Source: a bacterium (GTDB lineage Bacteria > SAR324 > NAC60-12). From it: a stretch of DNA of 64,000 nucleotides. Numbering within the stretch: the first letter of the stretch is position 1; each line of letters starts with the position of its first letter. Positions 9,403-19,604 of this stretch are shown here, piece by piece. The DNA lies in the NCBI GenBank assembly GCA_965205865.1, contig CBDBHR010000029.1:192001-256000 (forward strand), written 5' to 3'. The notes below the pieces were generated by a model. The model was not told the DNA's origin, did not search any database, and saw only the letters and a list, made by a program, of their open reading frames with translations. The position numbers and the translations under genes are program-made.

Positions 9403-11023
9403 AGACAGAAAATTGTTCTTTTTCTTCCTGCCGACTTTCGCCTACCAAGCGTCCTAAAGGATAAGAGTCCAAGTCCACGAATTTGACGTATTGTGCCAGC
9501 AATGGATGAACCTCCCTGACTTTGAGGAACAGCGCCTGCGCCACTTTGCGGTAATTCTCATGCCCTTGGGGCGCACTGCGCAACTCGATAAGCCACATCA
9601 AGGCTCTCAGGTTGATGTGCATGTACCAACGAATGTTGTAGCTGAGCGGGACCACATATTGAGCTTCGATAGAAAAGTCCGCCGCAATGGTTTCATAGGC
9701 ATCTTCAGCTCGTCTCATGGCATCACGGTAAAGGTTCGCCACCCCGGCTGCTTCTATTTCCCGGGGCATGTCATAGCCAAAGCGCGTGGAAAGCAATTGT
9801 CGTTCTTGGGTCAGTGTTCGGTGTCTGTGGAGGTCCCGGTACATGCCATAGTCTCCCTGTATATCAAAAGTATAGAAAACCATTTCTAATTCTCGTCCCG
9901 GTTTATGTCGCCGGTTTTCCCGAAGAGCCACACTTTCCCGGATGATTTGTTCTTTTTCTCCCTGAGAAAGCCGGGCAACGACCTTTCTGATTTCGGAAAG
10001 CGGCCGGCTGGAATGGGAATAGAGCAAGGCAGCGATCAATTTGGTTTCCGCTTCGGGATCATAGTCGATCAATCGTACTAATTCCGCACGCTCTACTGGC
10101 GTCTCGGACAGATACCGGGACGCGATTTTCCGGGATAACTTCTGTGTTTTTGTCGTAAAGTTTCGATAACTTCGGAAATGACGGTGCTGCCAGTGAGCAC
10201 GTCGCACGAATGAAGGGATGACTTTGCGCAGTTCCCCGTGTGTGACCCGTGCGGTCTCTTGCAATTCGCGGAGTGGGTTGGTATGCAGTTTGGAAAGCAA
10301 GGCTTCGAAAAAACGCCCATTGCCGAAGATCCCCATATTGGTCAGAGTGGATGCCGGTAAAAGTCCGCGGATGACATCGAATACCTTGGCGCGCACCGAA
10401 CGATTGTAGCCGCCCTCACTCATACCAGATTCCCTTGGCATCCAATTCCGAACATGGGCGCTGACGGGCTCAAAAAGACCGACATAGGTATCAAACAGAA
10501 AGCGGTTGATTTCCAGGTAAAGGGATTTGTGGGACGAGTTCAGTATCTGTAGGTCTTTGTAAAACATATAATCGTTTTTCACCTTTTTACCAAAGGTCAC
10601 GTACCGGGTTGATTTTTCCAAAGGAGAGCCACCAATGCGGGCGTCTTGAAGTTGTTTGGTGGCCAGGATGGAAATGTCTTCAATCGCCAAATGCGCACCT
10701 CCCAGTTCTCCAATCGAATCATCACCATAGCCATCCAATATGCGATCATAAAAATCCTGAGCACGTTCGACCGCCAAAGAGTCTTGGGCTCGCTGCCCGC
10801 TGTATTTGCCCTGCATCTCTTGAAATGCGGAGTCGTGATTTTGTATGAATTCCTTGAGCAATAAACGTCGCAAGCCCAGGGTGGAGCGGGAATAGCGGGA
10901 AAATAAAGCTCCCTTGATCACTTCAGGAAGATTCTTCAGGACAAAAATCGATTGATCCGTATTGGTCACATAAGGAGCAAGTAAGACTTCTTCTTCAGGA
11001 GTGAATGACTCGCGTGTCCGCAT
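9389..11023 (-). CDS. thyX: FAD-dependent thymidylate synthase, tandem two-domain type
   Basis: GALFSRYSRS, GYGDDSIGELG, LEKSTRYV, RDLHRHR, IELRS..QGHENYR; 544 aa, about twice a standard ThyX. Confidence 0.92.
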   Translation of the reverse strand: MRTRESFTPEEEVLLAPYVTNTDQSIFVLKNLPEVIKGALFSRYSRSTLGLRRLLLKEFIQNHDSAFQEMQGKYSGQRAQDSLAVERAQDFYDRILDGYGDDSIGELGGAHLAIEDISILATKQLQDARIGGSPLEKSTRYVTFGKKVKNDYMFYKDLQILNSSHKSLYLEINRFLFDTYVGLFEPVSAHVRNWMPRESGMSEGGYNRSVRAKVFDVIRGLLPASTLTNMGIFGNGRFFEALLSKLHTNPLRELQETARVTHGELRKVIPSFVRRAHWQHRHFRSYRNFTTKTQKLSRKIASRYLSETPVERAELVRLIDYDPEAETKLIAALLYSHSSRPLSEIRKVVARLSQGEKEQIIRESVALRENRRHKPGRELEMVFYTFDIQGDYGMYRDLHRHRTLTQERQLLSTRFGYDMPREIEAAGVANLYRDAMRRAEDAYETIAADFSIEAQYVVPLSYNIRWYMHINLRALMWLIELRSAPQGHENYRKVAQALFLKVREVHPLLAQYVKFVDLDSYPLGRLVGESRQEEKEQFSVFNRQ

Positions 11024-11043
11024 GAACCGAGTTGGAATATCGA

Positions 11044-11613
11044 TCAGGTGGTAGGAATACCCTGAGAGTTGGGTAGCGCTTCATCTGTTTTGGGAAGTGG
11101 GATATTCGTATATTTTGTTTCTTTGTTGGGTTTGTAAGAATCCTTCAACAAATCACGAGTATAATCGAAGCGGCCTCGGGAAGAATAGGCCATGGCGATA
11201 ACTCCCGTGTCCATCCGAATTGCTTCTTTCGGGCAGGCTTCCACGCACAATCCGCAAAAAACACATCGCAACTCATCAATGTCGAAGACTACCGGATATT
11301 TTTCAATTGATAAATCCGGATGATCCCCTGCTTCAATAAAGATGCACTGCGCCGGGCAAATCGTTTCACACATGTAGCAGGCCACGCACTTGATGAACCC
11401 ATCCTCTCGTCTGGTCAGGCGATGCCGTCCTCTCCAGCGTGGAGAAACCGGACGCAGCCTCTCTGGATATTGAATGGTCACCACATCTTTGGCACCCAAC
11501 AAATTCCTTATGAAATGGCGGACGGTCAAGCGCAGTCCATTCAAAATTGCAATTAGATAGAAAGCTTCCTGAAAACCATCAACACGTTTTACCGTTTTTA
11601 CTTTGAGTTCCAT
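11044..11613 (-). CDS. nuoI: NADH-quinone oxidoreductase subunit I
   Basis: VTIQYPE; two CxxCxxCxxxCP ferredoxin motifs. Confidence 0.95.
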   Translation of the reverse strand: MELKVKTVKRVDGFQEAFYLIAILNGLRLTVRHFIRNLLGAKDVVTIQYPERLRPVSPRWRGRHRLTRREDGFIKCVACYMCETICPAQCIFIEAGDHPDLSIEKYPVVFDIDELRCVFCGLCVEACPKEAIRMDTGVIAMAYSSRGRFDYTRDLLKDSYKPNKETKYTNIPLPKTDEALPNSQGIPTT

Positions 11614-11667
11614 GATTTCTGCTCATTTGTATTGGAAAAGAAGAGACGCTATTTTTCATCAAAGGGA

Positions 11668-12750
11668 TCAATTGACCATCAGGATTATGACGGCGGTGAC
11701 TAAAACATTTGCCAAGGAGATCGGTAGCAGTTTTTTCCAACCCAACGCCATGGTTTGGTCAAAACGAAACTTGGGAATCGTCCAACGAATCTGAATTTGC
11801 AGCCAACAGAAAAAGACTGTGAGTATGGAAAATTTGCTGATTTGCAGCAAAGTGACGATCCATTGAGGCGCGCTTTCCCACAAATGGAGCCAGGGGATGT
11901 GATAGCCGCCGAGAAACAATGTCACCATCAATACCGCAACCCCGACCACGGCGATATATTCCGCCAGCATGAAAGCCGCAAACCGCATACCCGAGTACTC
12001 CAGAAAATATCCGCCGACAATTTCTGATTCCCCTTCCGGCGCATCGAAGGGCGCGCGCTTGGTTTCGGCGATCATGGCAACAAAAAATAGTACGAAACCC
12101 AAAGGCTGCGTTAAAATTCCCCATTTGGGAATCAAGTTGCCAAACCAATAAGTGTTTTGACCGTCCACTATCACACTGATTCGAGTCGATTCATAGACCA
12201 TGAAAATCCCCAACAGGGAGAGACCGATGAACACTTCATAAGACAACATTTGAGAAGACGCCCGGATTCCGCCAAGCAGGGCAAATTTGCTGTTCGAACC
12301 GGCGCCTGCCAGAACAGAGCCGTATACTCCGAGAGAGGTAATCGCAAAAATGTACAAAAGTCCGGGTTCCACGTCGGTGATTTGAAAGGTGAAATCCCCG
12401 ATGGGACCGGCAAAGGGAATGATGGCAAAAATTGCCATTCCGGCGGCAAACCCAAAATAAGGGGCTATAGTGAATAAAAATCGGTCAGCGCCTTCCGGGA
12501 TGAAATCTTCCTTGAAAATTGATTTCAAACCATCTGCGGCAATATGCATCGCGCCACGTCCTCGAAAATTGTCTAGAAAAGGTATATTGGCTCGATTGGG
12601 ACCGACACGATCCTGGATCATGGCACTCCATTTGCGCTCCATCAACGTGAGAACGGTGGCCAGCGGCATGACAAACAGAAAGATGATCACCACGATTTTG
12701 AGAATCGTCTGAACGAGAGGAATGAGAAGGATGCTGATAATGACACTCAT
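11668..12750 (-). CDS. nuoH: NADH-quinone oxidoreductase subunit H
   Basis: ERK..A.IQDRVGPN, ADGLK.IFKE, AETKRAPFD.PEGESEIV.G..EYSG. Confidence 0.96.
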   Translation of the reverse strand: MSVIISILLIPLVQTILKIVVIIFLFVMPLATVLTLMERKWSAMIQDRVGPNRANIPFLDNFRGRGAMHIAADGLKSIFKEDFIPEGADRFLFTIAPYFGFAAGMAIFAIIPFAGPIGDFTFQITDVEPGLLYIFAITSLGVYGSVLAGAGSNSKFALLGGIRASSQMLSYEVFIGLSLLGIFMVYESTRISVIVDGQNTYWFGNLIPKWGILTQPLGFVLFFVAMIAETKRAPFDAPEGESEIVGGYFLEYSGMRFAAFMLAEYIAVVGVAVLMVTLFLGGYHIPWLHLWESAPQWIVTLLQISKFSILTVFFCWLQIQIRWTIPKFRFDQTMALGWKKLLPISLANVLVTAVIILMVN

Positions 12751-12817
12751 ACGATAAAAAACCTCCGTAGTTTTACAATTTAACGGTCAGGTCCTCATTT
12801 AGTGAAACTCCTGATTT

Positions 12818-14038
12818 TTAGCGGTCCAATTCTCCGCCTATCATATTGACGGAACCAAAAATCGGCACAATATCCGCAACATATTCTCCCTTGCACATGT
12901 GCGGCATTGCGGCAACAAAATTGAAACAAGGGGGACGCACTCGGCACTTGACCGGTTCACCGGAGCCATCAGAAACCAGATAATACCCGAGTTCGCCATT
13001 TCCTCCTTCCGTGGGCATATAAACCTCCCCTGCCGGAGGAAGGTGTCCCTCCATCACAATTTTGAAATGGTCGATCAAGCCTTCGATGTCTCCAAACACT
13101 TGTTTTTTATCCGGCAGGGTGAGTCGACGATCATCGACCGCGATCGGTCCCGCCGGCATTTTGTCAGAGGCTTGCTCGATAATGGAAATGCTTTGCCACA
13201 TTTCTTCCATACGGACCAGATAACGGTCGAAGCAATCCCCCACGGTGCCCACGGGTATTTCAAAATCCAGTTCATCGTAAATCGAGTAACTGTCTGCGCG
13301 GCGGATATCGTATGGCACGCCGCAGGCGCGTAACATGGGACCCGTGAAGCCAAAAGAAATGGCGTCTTCCTTGGAGATGGTTCCCACATTCTTGACTCGA
13401 TCGATAAAGATTTTGTTGCGGGTCAGTAAACTGTCGCATTCCTTTAATATGCCTTTGACCTCTTCCAATCGTTTGTGAAGCTCTTGGAGAAATCCGTCTG
13501 GCAAATCCGTGGCATTGCCTCCAATCCGGGTCCAATTGGTAGTCAGGCGGGCACCGGTGACTTGCTCGACCAACTCCCACAAAAACTCCCGTGCCTTGAC
13601 GAACCAAAGAAAAAAAGTGAAGGCGCCGACTTCCATAGCAGCTGCTCCCACACATGTCAGGTGGTCGGTAATGCGCGAGATTTCTCCCATGATCACGCGT
13701 GTGAATTGGGCGCGCCGCGGCGCTGCCACGCCAAATAGTTTTTCGACGCCTTCGGCATAACCAATGTTGCAAAGGAGCGGGGACACATAGTTCAATCGAT
13801 CGGTATATGGCGTGATTTGGATCCATTTGGAATTTTCAGATTCCTTCTCGAATCCCCGGTGCAAGTAGCCAATATCCGGGATCATTTCTACGATTTCTTC
13901 TCCGTCAATCCAGGTAGTAAAGCGCACGATGCCATGCATCGCCGGATGAGCCGGCCCGATTTCAATCATCATCGTGGACGCATCCGCTTGTTCTTCCGGA
14001 TTGCCAAGTGGGGTTTGGCTTTGCAACGCTTCTTCCAT
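12818..14038 (-). CDS. nuoD: NADH-quinone oxidoreductase subunit D
   Basis: GPAHPAMHG, GYLHRGFEK, DRLNY, C-terminal GELDR. Confidence 0.96.
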   Translation of the reverse strand: MEEALQSQTPLGNPEEQADASTMMIEIGPAHPAMHGIVRFTTWIDGEEIVEMIPDIGYLHRGFEKESENSKWIQITPYTDRLNYVSPLLCNIGYAEGVEKLFGVAAPRRAQFTRVIMGEISRITDHLTCVGAAAMEVGAFTFFLWFVKAREFLWELVEQVTGARLTTNWTRIGGNATDLPDGFLQELHKRLEEVKGILKECDSLLTRNKIFIDRVKNVGTISKEDAISFGFTGPMLRACGVPYDIRRADSYSIYDELDFEIPVGTVGDCFDRYLVRMEEMWQSISIIEQASDKMPAGPIAVDDRRLTLPDKKQVFGDIEGLIDHFKIVMEGHLPPAGEVYMPTEGGNGELGYYLVSDGSGEPVKCRVRPPCFNFVAAMPHMCKGEYVADIVPIFGSVNMIGGELDR

Positions 14039-14565
14039 TAAGACCTTTTATAATCATGACGTTCATAGACAACCCGCATTTCGACCAGCGGTTGCTCTTT
14101 GTCGGTGGGATAATCTTTGCGCAACGGGTGTCCCTCAAATTCGGGATACATCAGAATCCGTTTCAAATTGGGGTGGTTTTTGAAGACGATGCCATACATG
14201 TCGTAACATTCTCTTTCATACCAATCCACGGATTGCCACAGCGCATGAATCGAATCAATTTCGCACGCGTCTTCCGGAATACGGACTTTCAGTCGTAAAC
14301 GATGATTCAGGCTAAGGGATTTGAAATGATAGACAATTTCGAATCGTGGTTGTTCCTCCCAATAATCCACTGCCGTCAAATCGATCATCAATTCCATCTT
14401 GCAACGATCGTCGTCACGTAGAAACTGGCAAACCGGGACAATTTGGTTGCGGTCGATCAGTATTGTTTCATCCCCACGGTGGTTATGAAAATCCCGCACG
14501 GTGTCGGGAAATTGATCTTTCAGTAACTGCGTGAGTTTCCCCATTTCTTGCGATTCAGTGGACAT
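14038..14565 (-). CDS. nuoC: NADH-quinone oxidoreductase subunit C
   Basis: DLTAVDY, WYERECYDMYGI.F..HPNLKRIL, GHPLRKDYP. Confidence 0.96.
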   Translation of the reverse strand: MSTESQEMGKLTQLLKDQFPDTVRDFHNHRGDETILIDRNQIVPVCQFLRDDDRCKMELMIDLTAVDYWEEQPRFEIVYHFKSLSLNHRLRLKVRIPEDACEIDSIHALWQSVDWYERECYDMYGIVFKNHPNLKRILMYPEFEGHPLRKDYPTDKEQPLVEMRVVYERHDYKRS

Positions 14566-14586
14566 ACCAGAAGACTCCGACCTTTT

Positions 14587-15156
14587 CTATTTACGACTGA
14601 GCATGAGGGTTTCTTTAGTTTCTTCAGGATTTTTCTTGGAGATGTAGCGAGGGGTTTGTTCCTGCAAGGGATTGATGCCCGTGAATCCCCGGGGGCCTTT
14701 TTCCTGTATGCGATTTTGCAACTCGATGATAGCGTCAAGCACCGCTTCCGGGCGTGGGGGACACCCGGCAATATAGGTATCGACCGGAATGATCCGGTCG
14801 ATTCCCTGGACCACTGAGTAATTCTGGTAAAATCCTCCGGACGCGGCGCAAGCGCCAAATGCAACCACCCATTTGGGATGTGGCATTTGTTCATAAATAG
14901 TTTTCAGAATCGGTGCCATTTTGTGAGTGATCGTACCGACAACAAATAACAAGTCTGCCTGCCGAGGAGAAAAACGAGGGATTTCCGCACCAAAGCGGGA
15001 CACGTCATAATGCGAACAGGCCGAGGCCATGTACTCCATACCACAACAAGCGGTGACGAAAGGATAATTGAAAAGAGAAAATTTTCGAGACCAATTGATC
15101 ACCGAGTCCACCGTGGTGGCCATAAAACCATCTTGAAATTGCGTATCTACTCCCAT
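14587..15156 (-). CDS. nuoB: NADH-quinone oxidoreductase subunit B
   Basis: TACCGMEY, FSPRQAD, GACAASGG, GCPPRPE; start placed at MGVDT. Confidence 0.95.
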   Translation of the reverse strand: MGVDTQFQDGFMATTVDSVINWSRKFSLFNYPFVTACCGMEYMASACSHYDVSRFGAEIPRFSPRQADLLFVVGTITHKMAPILKTIYEQMPHPKWVVAFGACAASGGFYQNYSVVQGIDRIIPVDTYIAGCPPRPEAVLDAIIELQNRIQEKGPRGFTGINPLQEQTPRYISKKNPEETKETLMLSRK

Positions 15157-15506
15157 TCCAATGCTCCTTTTTTCCAAACGTAAACCAAGCCGACCAGTAA
15201 AAGTGCGATAAAGACAAAACACTCGGCAAAGCCGAACCATCCCATTTCCCGAAACTTCACTGCCCATGGATAGAGAAAAACGATTTCCACGTCAAAAATC
15301 AAGAAAATCAGGGCGGTCATATAAAACTTGACGTCATAGCGTTGACCCACCAATCCTTGGGAAGCCCATCCACTTTCAAATGGCATTTCCTTCAGTTTTC
15401 CGCGCCGCTTCGGACCCAACAAAATGCCGGCAAGGGTAAATATGGTTGCGAACGCCAACCCCAGCACAATCAAGATCAGGATGGGAAAATATTCTGTGGC
15501 GATCAT
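15147..15506 (-). CDS. nuoA: NADH-quinone oxidoreductase subunit A
   Basis: PFESG, FY..A..FLIFDVEIVFLYPWA, WKKGALEW. Confidence 0.96.
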   Translation of the reverse strand: MIATEYFPILILIVLGLAFATIFTLAGILLGPKRRGKLKEMPFESGWASQGLVGQRYDVKFYMTALIFLIFDVEIVFLYPWAVKFREMGWFGFAECFVFIALLLVGLVYVWKKGALEWE

Positions 15507-15837
15507 CCAACTCTCCTTATCTAACAGTTTGTCGAGGTATTTCTCACCTCTTGATTACATCTCCGGGGAATCCGTCTTGGGTATCAAAACCTTACTTTAT
15601 CACATCGACTGCAATGATTGTCAACTCATTTAAATGCCCTTATTTCAAAATACCACTGCCTTCTTCTTTTGCTTGAGCAGTGTTTTTTCTGTCGTTTCAA
15701 TTCAAGTTGTGAATTTTCCAACAAAAATGTATCAGTAGCAACACAAAATAGATTCAAATATGGCAATATGAAAAGGGTTGGATACGGACGGCCTATGTCT
15801 CTTCTTTTTTCGAATTCATAGTAGTTGGAAGGCTCTT

Positions 15838-17271
15838 ATGGCGAAACCCCCTTTGTTTTTTCAAGGCATTGGAGAACTGGCAGACCAAATTCGGTCCGGC
15901 ACTCTCTCTCCCGTAGTTCTCACCCAGACGCTGCTCGGCCGTATCGGCTCTCTGAACTCAAAGTTGCATGCGTACAAAATCGTCTTGCATGAGCAGGCTC
16001 TGGCACAAGCGGAGGCGGCCGAAAAAGCGATCCGAAGTGGAAACTATCTCGGACCCCTACATGGCATTCCCTATGCAGCCAAGGACTTATTCGACGTCCG
16101 GGGACTTCCCACCGAGGCTGGATGTTCACTGCTTGAAAACAACATTTCGGCTGAAGATGCCACGGTTATTCGCCGTTTGAGAGAAGCTGGCGCGGTGTTG
16201 ATTGGAAAAACCCATACCGTTCAATTTGCTTTTGGTGGAGTGGGGATCAATCATGACCAGGGTACCCCTCACAATCCCTGGCATATCGTGCCACACGCGC
16301 CTGGAGGCTCCAGCAGTGGAACTGGCGTTGCAGTGTCTTCCGGCATGGCTCCCATGGGACTGGGGAGCGATACGGGAGGGTCGGTACGTATTCCCGCCTC
16401 TCTATGTGGCATCACCGGCTTGAAAACCACAGTGGGACGCATCAGCCGGAAAGGTGTCTATCCTCTTAGTTGGAGTCTGGATAGTGTCGGCCCTCTGGCA
16501 AGGAGCGTTGAAGATTGCGCACTGGCTTATCAGGCCATGCAAGGTGCCGATGGAGAAGGGGATGAAACCACGGTAGGTCAAACACCCCATGATGTCTTGC
16601 GCAGCATGAAGCGGGGCGTAAAAAACCTGCGCATCTATTTTGCCGAGACGGTATTTTGGGATGATGCCCATCCCGAGGTGATCGAAGCAGTACGAGCTTG
16701 CGGAGAAGTATTCCGTTCGCAAGGAGCTTTGGTGGAAAGCAGGGAGTTTTCAGAAGCCCAAGAAGCACAAATGCTCAATCCCCGCGGATTGGTCATTGCC
16801 GCCGAAGGATACGCCGTCAATCGCAAATGGGTGGAAGATCATGAAGAACAACTCGATCCGGTAGTGGGCGCCCGCCTGGCCAGTGGTCGAAATGTGAACG
16901 CATTTGAATATTTTGAAATCACTCGCAAATGGGCTGCGCTACGCAGAAAGATAGGGCATACCCTTGCCGACGTGGATGCCTTGATTGTCCCCAGCACGGC
17001 AATTCCTTCTCTGCCACTGGAAGAGATTGACCATGATCTGCAAACCTACACCCATTACAATCTTTTATACCTGCGCAATACTGCCATTGGCAATATTTTG
17101 AACTTGTGCGCAGTTTCCATCCCATGTGGCCAGACAAAAAAAGGATTGCCCATTGGTTTGATGATCTATGCCAAACCCTTCCAGGAAGAAATGGCCCTGC
17201 GCATTGCCTATGCCTTTGAACAAGCTTCCCCTCTGGTCCCAAGGCAACCTTCCCTGGACTGGCTTTCTTGA
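15838..17271 (+). CDS. Amidase signature family protein (GatA-like, probably a stand-alone amidase)
   Basis: GPLHGIPYAAKD, PGGSSSG, GSDTGGSVRIPA; no gatB or gatC adjacent. Confidence 0.9.
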   Translation: MAKPPLFFQGIGELADQIRSGTLSPVVLTQTLLGRIGSLNSKLHAYKIVLHEQALAQAEAAEKAIRSGNYLGPLHGIPYAAKDLFDVRGLPTEAGCSLLENNISAEDATVIRRLREAGAVLIGKTHTVQFAFGGVGINHDQGTPHNPWHIVPHAPGGSSSGTGVAVSSGMAPMGLGSDTGGSVRIPASLCGITGLKTTVGRISRKGVYPLSWSLDSVGPLARSVEDCALAYQAMQGADGEGDETTVGQTPHDVLRSMKRGVKNLRIYFAETVFWDDAHPEVIEAVRACGEVFRSQGALVESREFSEAQEAQMLNPRGLVIAAEGYAVNRKWVEDHEEQLDPVVGARLASGRNVNAFEYFEITRKWAALRRKIGHTLADVDALIVPSTAIPSLPLEEIDHDLQTYTHYNLLYLRNTAIGNILNLCAVSIPCGQTKKGLPIGLMIYAKPFQEEMALRIAYAFEQASPLVPRQPSLDWLS

Positions 17272-17439
17272 ATGTCTGGTTTGGTATGCCGCTAACACAA
17301 CAATTTCCTCTTTTGGAAATTCATAATCTTTCTCGAATCTCTGATATCCCGCATGATTGACTTGCTTTTTTCCCTGCATATTTATTAATCTTCGTTCTCA
17401 GATCCATTGTATTTTGAAGTGCGCCATTTAAATAGTCCG

Positions 17440-17472
17440 GAAAAATCGGGGAGATGGACTCCCCGATTTTTC
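17440..17472. terminator. Perfect 14-bp inverted repeat (terminator or 5'-UTR hairpin)
   Basis: GAAAAATCGGGGAG-atgga-CTCCCCGATTTTTC, about 11 nt before the AGGAG RBS of the next gene. Confidence 0.5.
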
Positions 17473-17495
17473 ATAAATTTAACAGGAGTCTCAAC

Positions 17496-19586
17496 ATGAA
17501 ACAGCTAAGCAAATCCATTTCTTTTGAAGTTTATGGGGACATTGGAATCCTTATTTCCAACAACCCTCCAGTCAACGCGCTCAGTCATCACGTCCGGCAG
17601 GGATTGTACGATGGCGTAAAAGAAGCCGGCGCCCATGTCGATATCAAGGCAGTGGTCTTGTACTGCGAAGGCCGAACTTTTTTTGCAGGTGCCGATATCT
17701 CCGAATTTGGTAAACCACCGGTGCCTGGAGTTCCAGGATTGAGAGAAGTCCTGGATGCCATGGAAGCCTGTCCCAAGTCGATTGTGGCAGCCATCCATGG
17801 GACAGCACTGGGAGGCGGACTGGAAACCGCCATGGCTTGTCATTACCGGATTGCGACAGCCACCGCCAAAATGGGGCAACCGGAAGTCCACCTTGGTCTG
17901 ATTCCGGGAGCCGGTGGAACCGTGCGTTTACCTCGAATCATGGGCGTACGGAAAGCCTTGGAAATGAATGTCTCAGGTAGCCCCATTGGAGCAGCCGAAG
18001 CCTTGTCATACGGGTTGATCGAAGAAATTGTCCGGGGCGATCTCAAGGAACAGGCGATTGCGTTTGCCCGCAAAATAATGGCGGAAGGCCGACCTTTACT
18101 CAAGATCCGGGACAAAAATGAAAAATTGGAAGAAGCGAAAAACAAGCCGGAATTGTTCGATGATTTCAGGAAAAGCATTGCCCGCAAAAGCCGTGGATTC
18201 AAAGCCCCGGAAGCCATTATCCAAGCCGTGGAAGGCGCAGTTTATTTACCTTTTGAAGAGGCTATGAAGAAAGAAGAAGAGTTGTTTCAGCAATGTCATG
18301 ACAGTGCCGAATCGGAAGCCCAACGCTACTTTTTCTTTATTGAGCGTCTGGCCAACAAAATTCCCGATATTCCAAAAGACACCCCTACCCGGGAAATCAA
18401 GACGGTCGGTATCCTCGGTGCCGGCACTATGGGCGGTGGCATTGCCATGAATTTCGCCAACATGGGAATTCCGGTGAAAATTGTGGAAGCCAGTCGGAAA
18501 CGATTGGAGCAGGGACTGGAAGTGATTCGAAAAAATTATACCAACACGGCAAAAAAAGGACGAATCACTGTACAGGATGTGGAAACACGCATGTCATTGC
18601 TTGAAGGACATCTTGATAAAAAGGTGTTTCATGACGTTGATATGATCATTGAAGCGGTTTTTGAAGACATGGAGCTCAAAAAAACAACTTTTCGGGAGCT
18701 GGACGAAATTTGCAAACCGGGAGCCGTTCTGGCCTCTAACACGTCGTATTTGAATGTGAATGAAATTGCCGGGGAAACTTCCCGTCCCGAAGATGTCCTG
18801 GGGACGCATTTCTTCAGCCCTGCCAATGTGATGAAGCTTTTGGAAATCGTCCGTGGGGATAAAACCTCAAAGGAAGTGATTGCTACGGTGATGAGCCTGG
18901 CTAAGAAGATCAATAAAATCGCCGTCGTCGTGGGGGTGTGCCACGGATTTGTCGGTAACCGCATGTTAGCGGCTCGGGGAGTGGAATCAGGAAACTTGTT
19001 GCAGCACAATGCCTTTCCTCATGAAATCGATCAGGTGATCTACGATTTCGGCTTCCCCATGGGACCCTATGCCATGTCCGATTTGGCTGGCTTGGATATA
19101 GGCTGGAAAGGGGACGAAACTCCGAACAAAGAAATCGATATCCGCCATCAACTTTGTGAACGAGGACGGCGTGGTCAAAAAACAGGCGCTGGATTTTATG
19201 ATTATCAAGGAGGCAGTCGTACTCCGATTCCTAACGCGGAAGTGGAGAGTCTTATCCTTGAAATTTCTGAAATCAAGCAAATCACCCGCACCGCTATTTT
19301 AAAAGAAGACATGCTCAACCGCATGATATATTCCATGGTCAATGAAGCGGCTAAGATATTGGATGAAGGGATCGCCCTGCGACCTTCGGATATCGATGTG
19401 GTCTGGGTCTATGGATACGGATGGCCGGTTTATCGTGGAGGACCTTGCTATTATGCGGATAAGGTGGGACTGAAGAACGTGGTTGCCGCTCTTGAAGGAT
19501 ACGCGAGTCGGTATGGGGCGCATCTGGCTCCCGTCCCTCTCTTGAAGAAGCTGGCGGAGGAAGGTAAGGGATTTAAAGATCTTTAA
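17496..19586 (+). CDS. Bifunctional enoyl-CoA hydratase / 3-hydroxyacyl-CoA dehydrogenase (FadB/PimF-like)
   Basis: NPPVNAL, FFAGADI, ALGGGLE, PEV.LGLIPGAGGT; GAGTMGGGIA, ASNTS, HFFSPA. Confidence 0.93.
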   Translation: MKQLSKSISFEVYGDIGILISNNPPVNALSHHVRQGLYDGVKEAGAHVDIKAVVLYCEGRTFFAGADISEFGKPPVPGVPGLREVLDAMEACPKSIVAAIHGTALGGGLETAMACHYRIATATAKMGQPEVHLGLIPGAGGTVRLPRIMGVRKALEMNVSGSPIGAAEALSYGLIEEIVRGDLKEQAIAFARKIMAEGRPLLKIRDKNEKLEEAKNKPELFDDFRKSIARKSRGFKAPEAIIQAVEGAVYLPFEEAMKKEEELFQQCHDSAESEAQRYFFFIERLANKIPDIPKDTPTREIKTVGILGAGTMGGGIAMNFANMGIPVKIVEASRKRLEQGLEVIRKNYTNTAKKGRITVQDVETRMSLLEGHLDKKVFHDVDMIIEAVFEDMELKKTTFRELDEICKPGAVLASNTSYLNVNEIAGETSRPEDVLGTHFFSPANVMKLLEIVRGDKTSKEVIATVMSLAKKINKIAVVVGVCHGFVGNRMLAARGVESGNLLQHNAFPHEIDQVIYDFGFPMGPYAMSDLAGLDIGWKGDETPNKEIDIRHQLCERGRRGQKTGAGFYDYQGGSRTPIPNAEVESLILEISEIKQITRTAILKEDMLNRMIYSMVNEAAKILDEGIALRPSDIDVVWVYGYGWPVYRGGPCYYADKVGLKNVVAALEGYASRYGAHLAPVPLLKKLAEEGKGFKDL

Positions 19587-19604
19587 GAGATTACAGAACT
19601 CTCA

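Noticed and set aside
15838-17271. Calling the amidase gatA
   Set aside because: No gatB or gatC neighbours and no GatA-specific RYDG/RRI motifs
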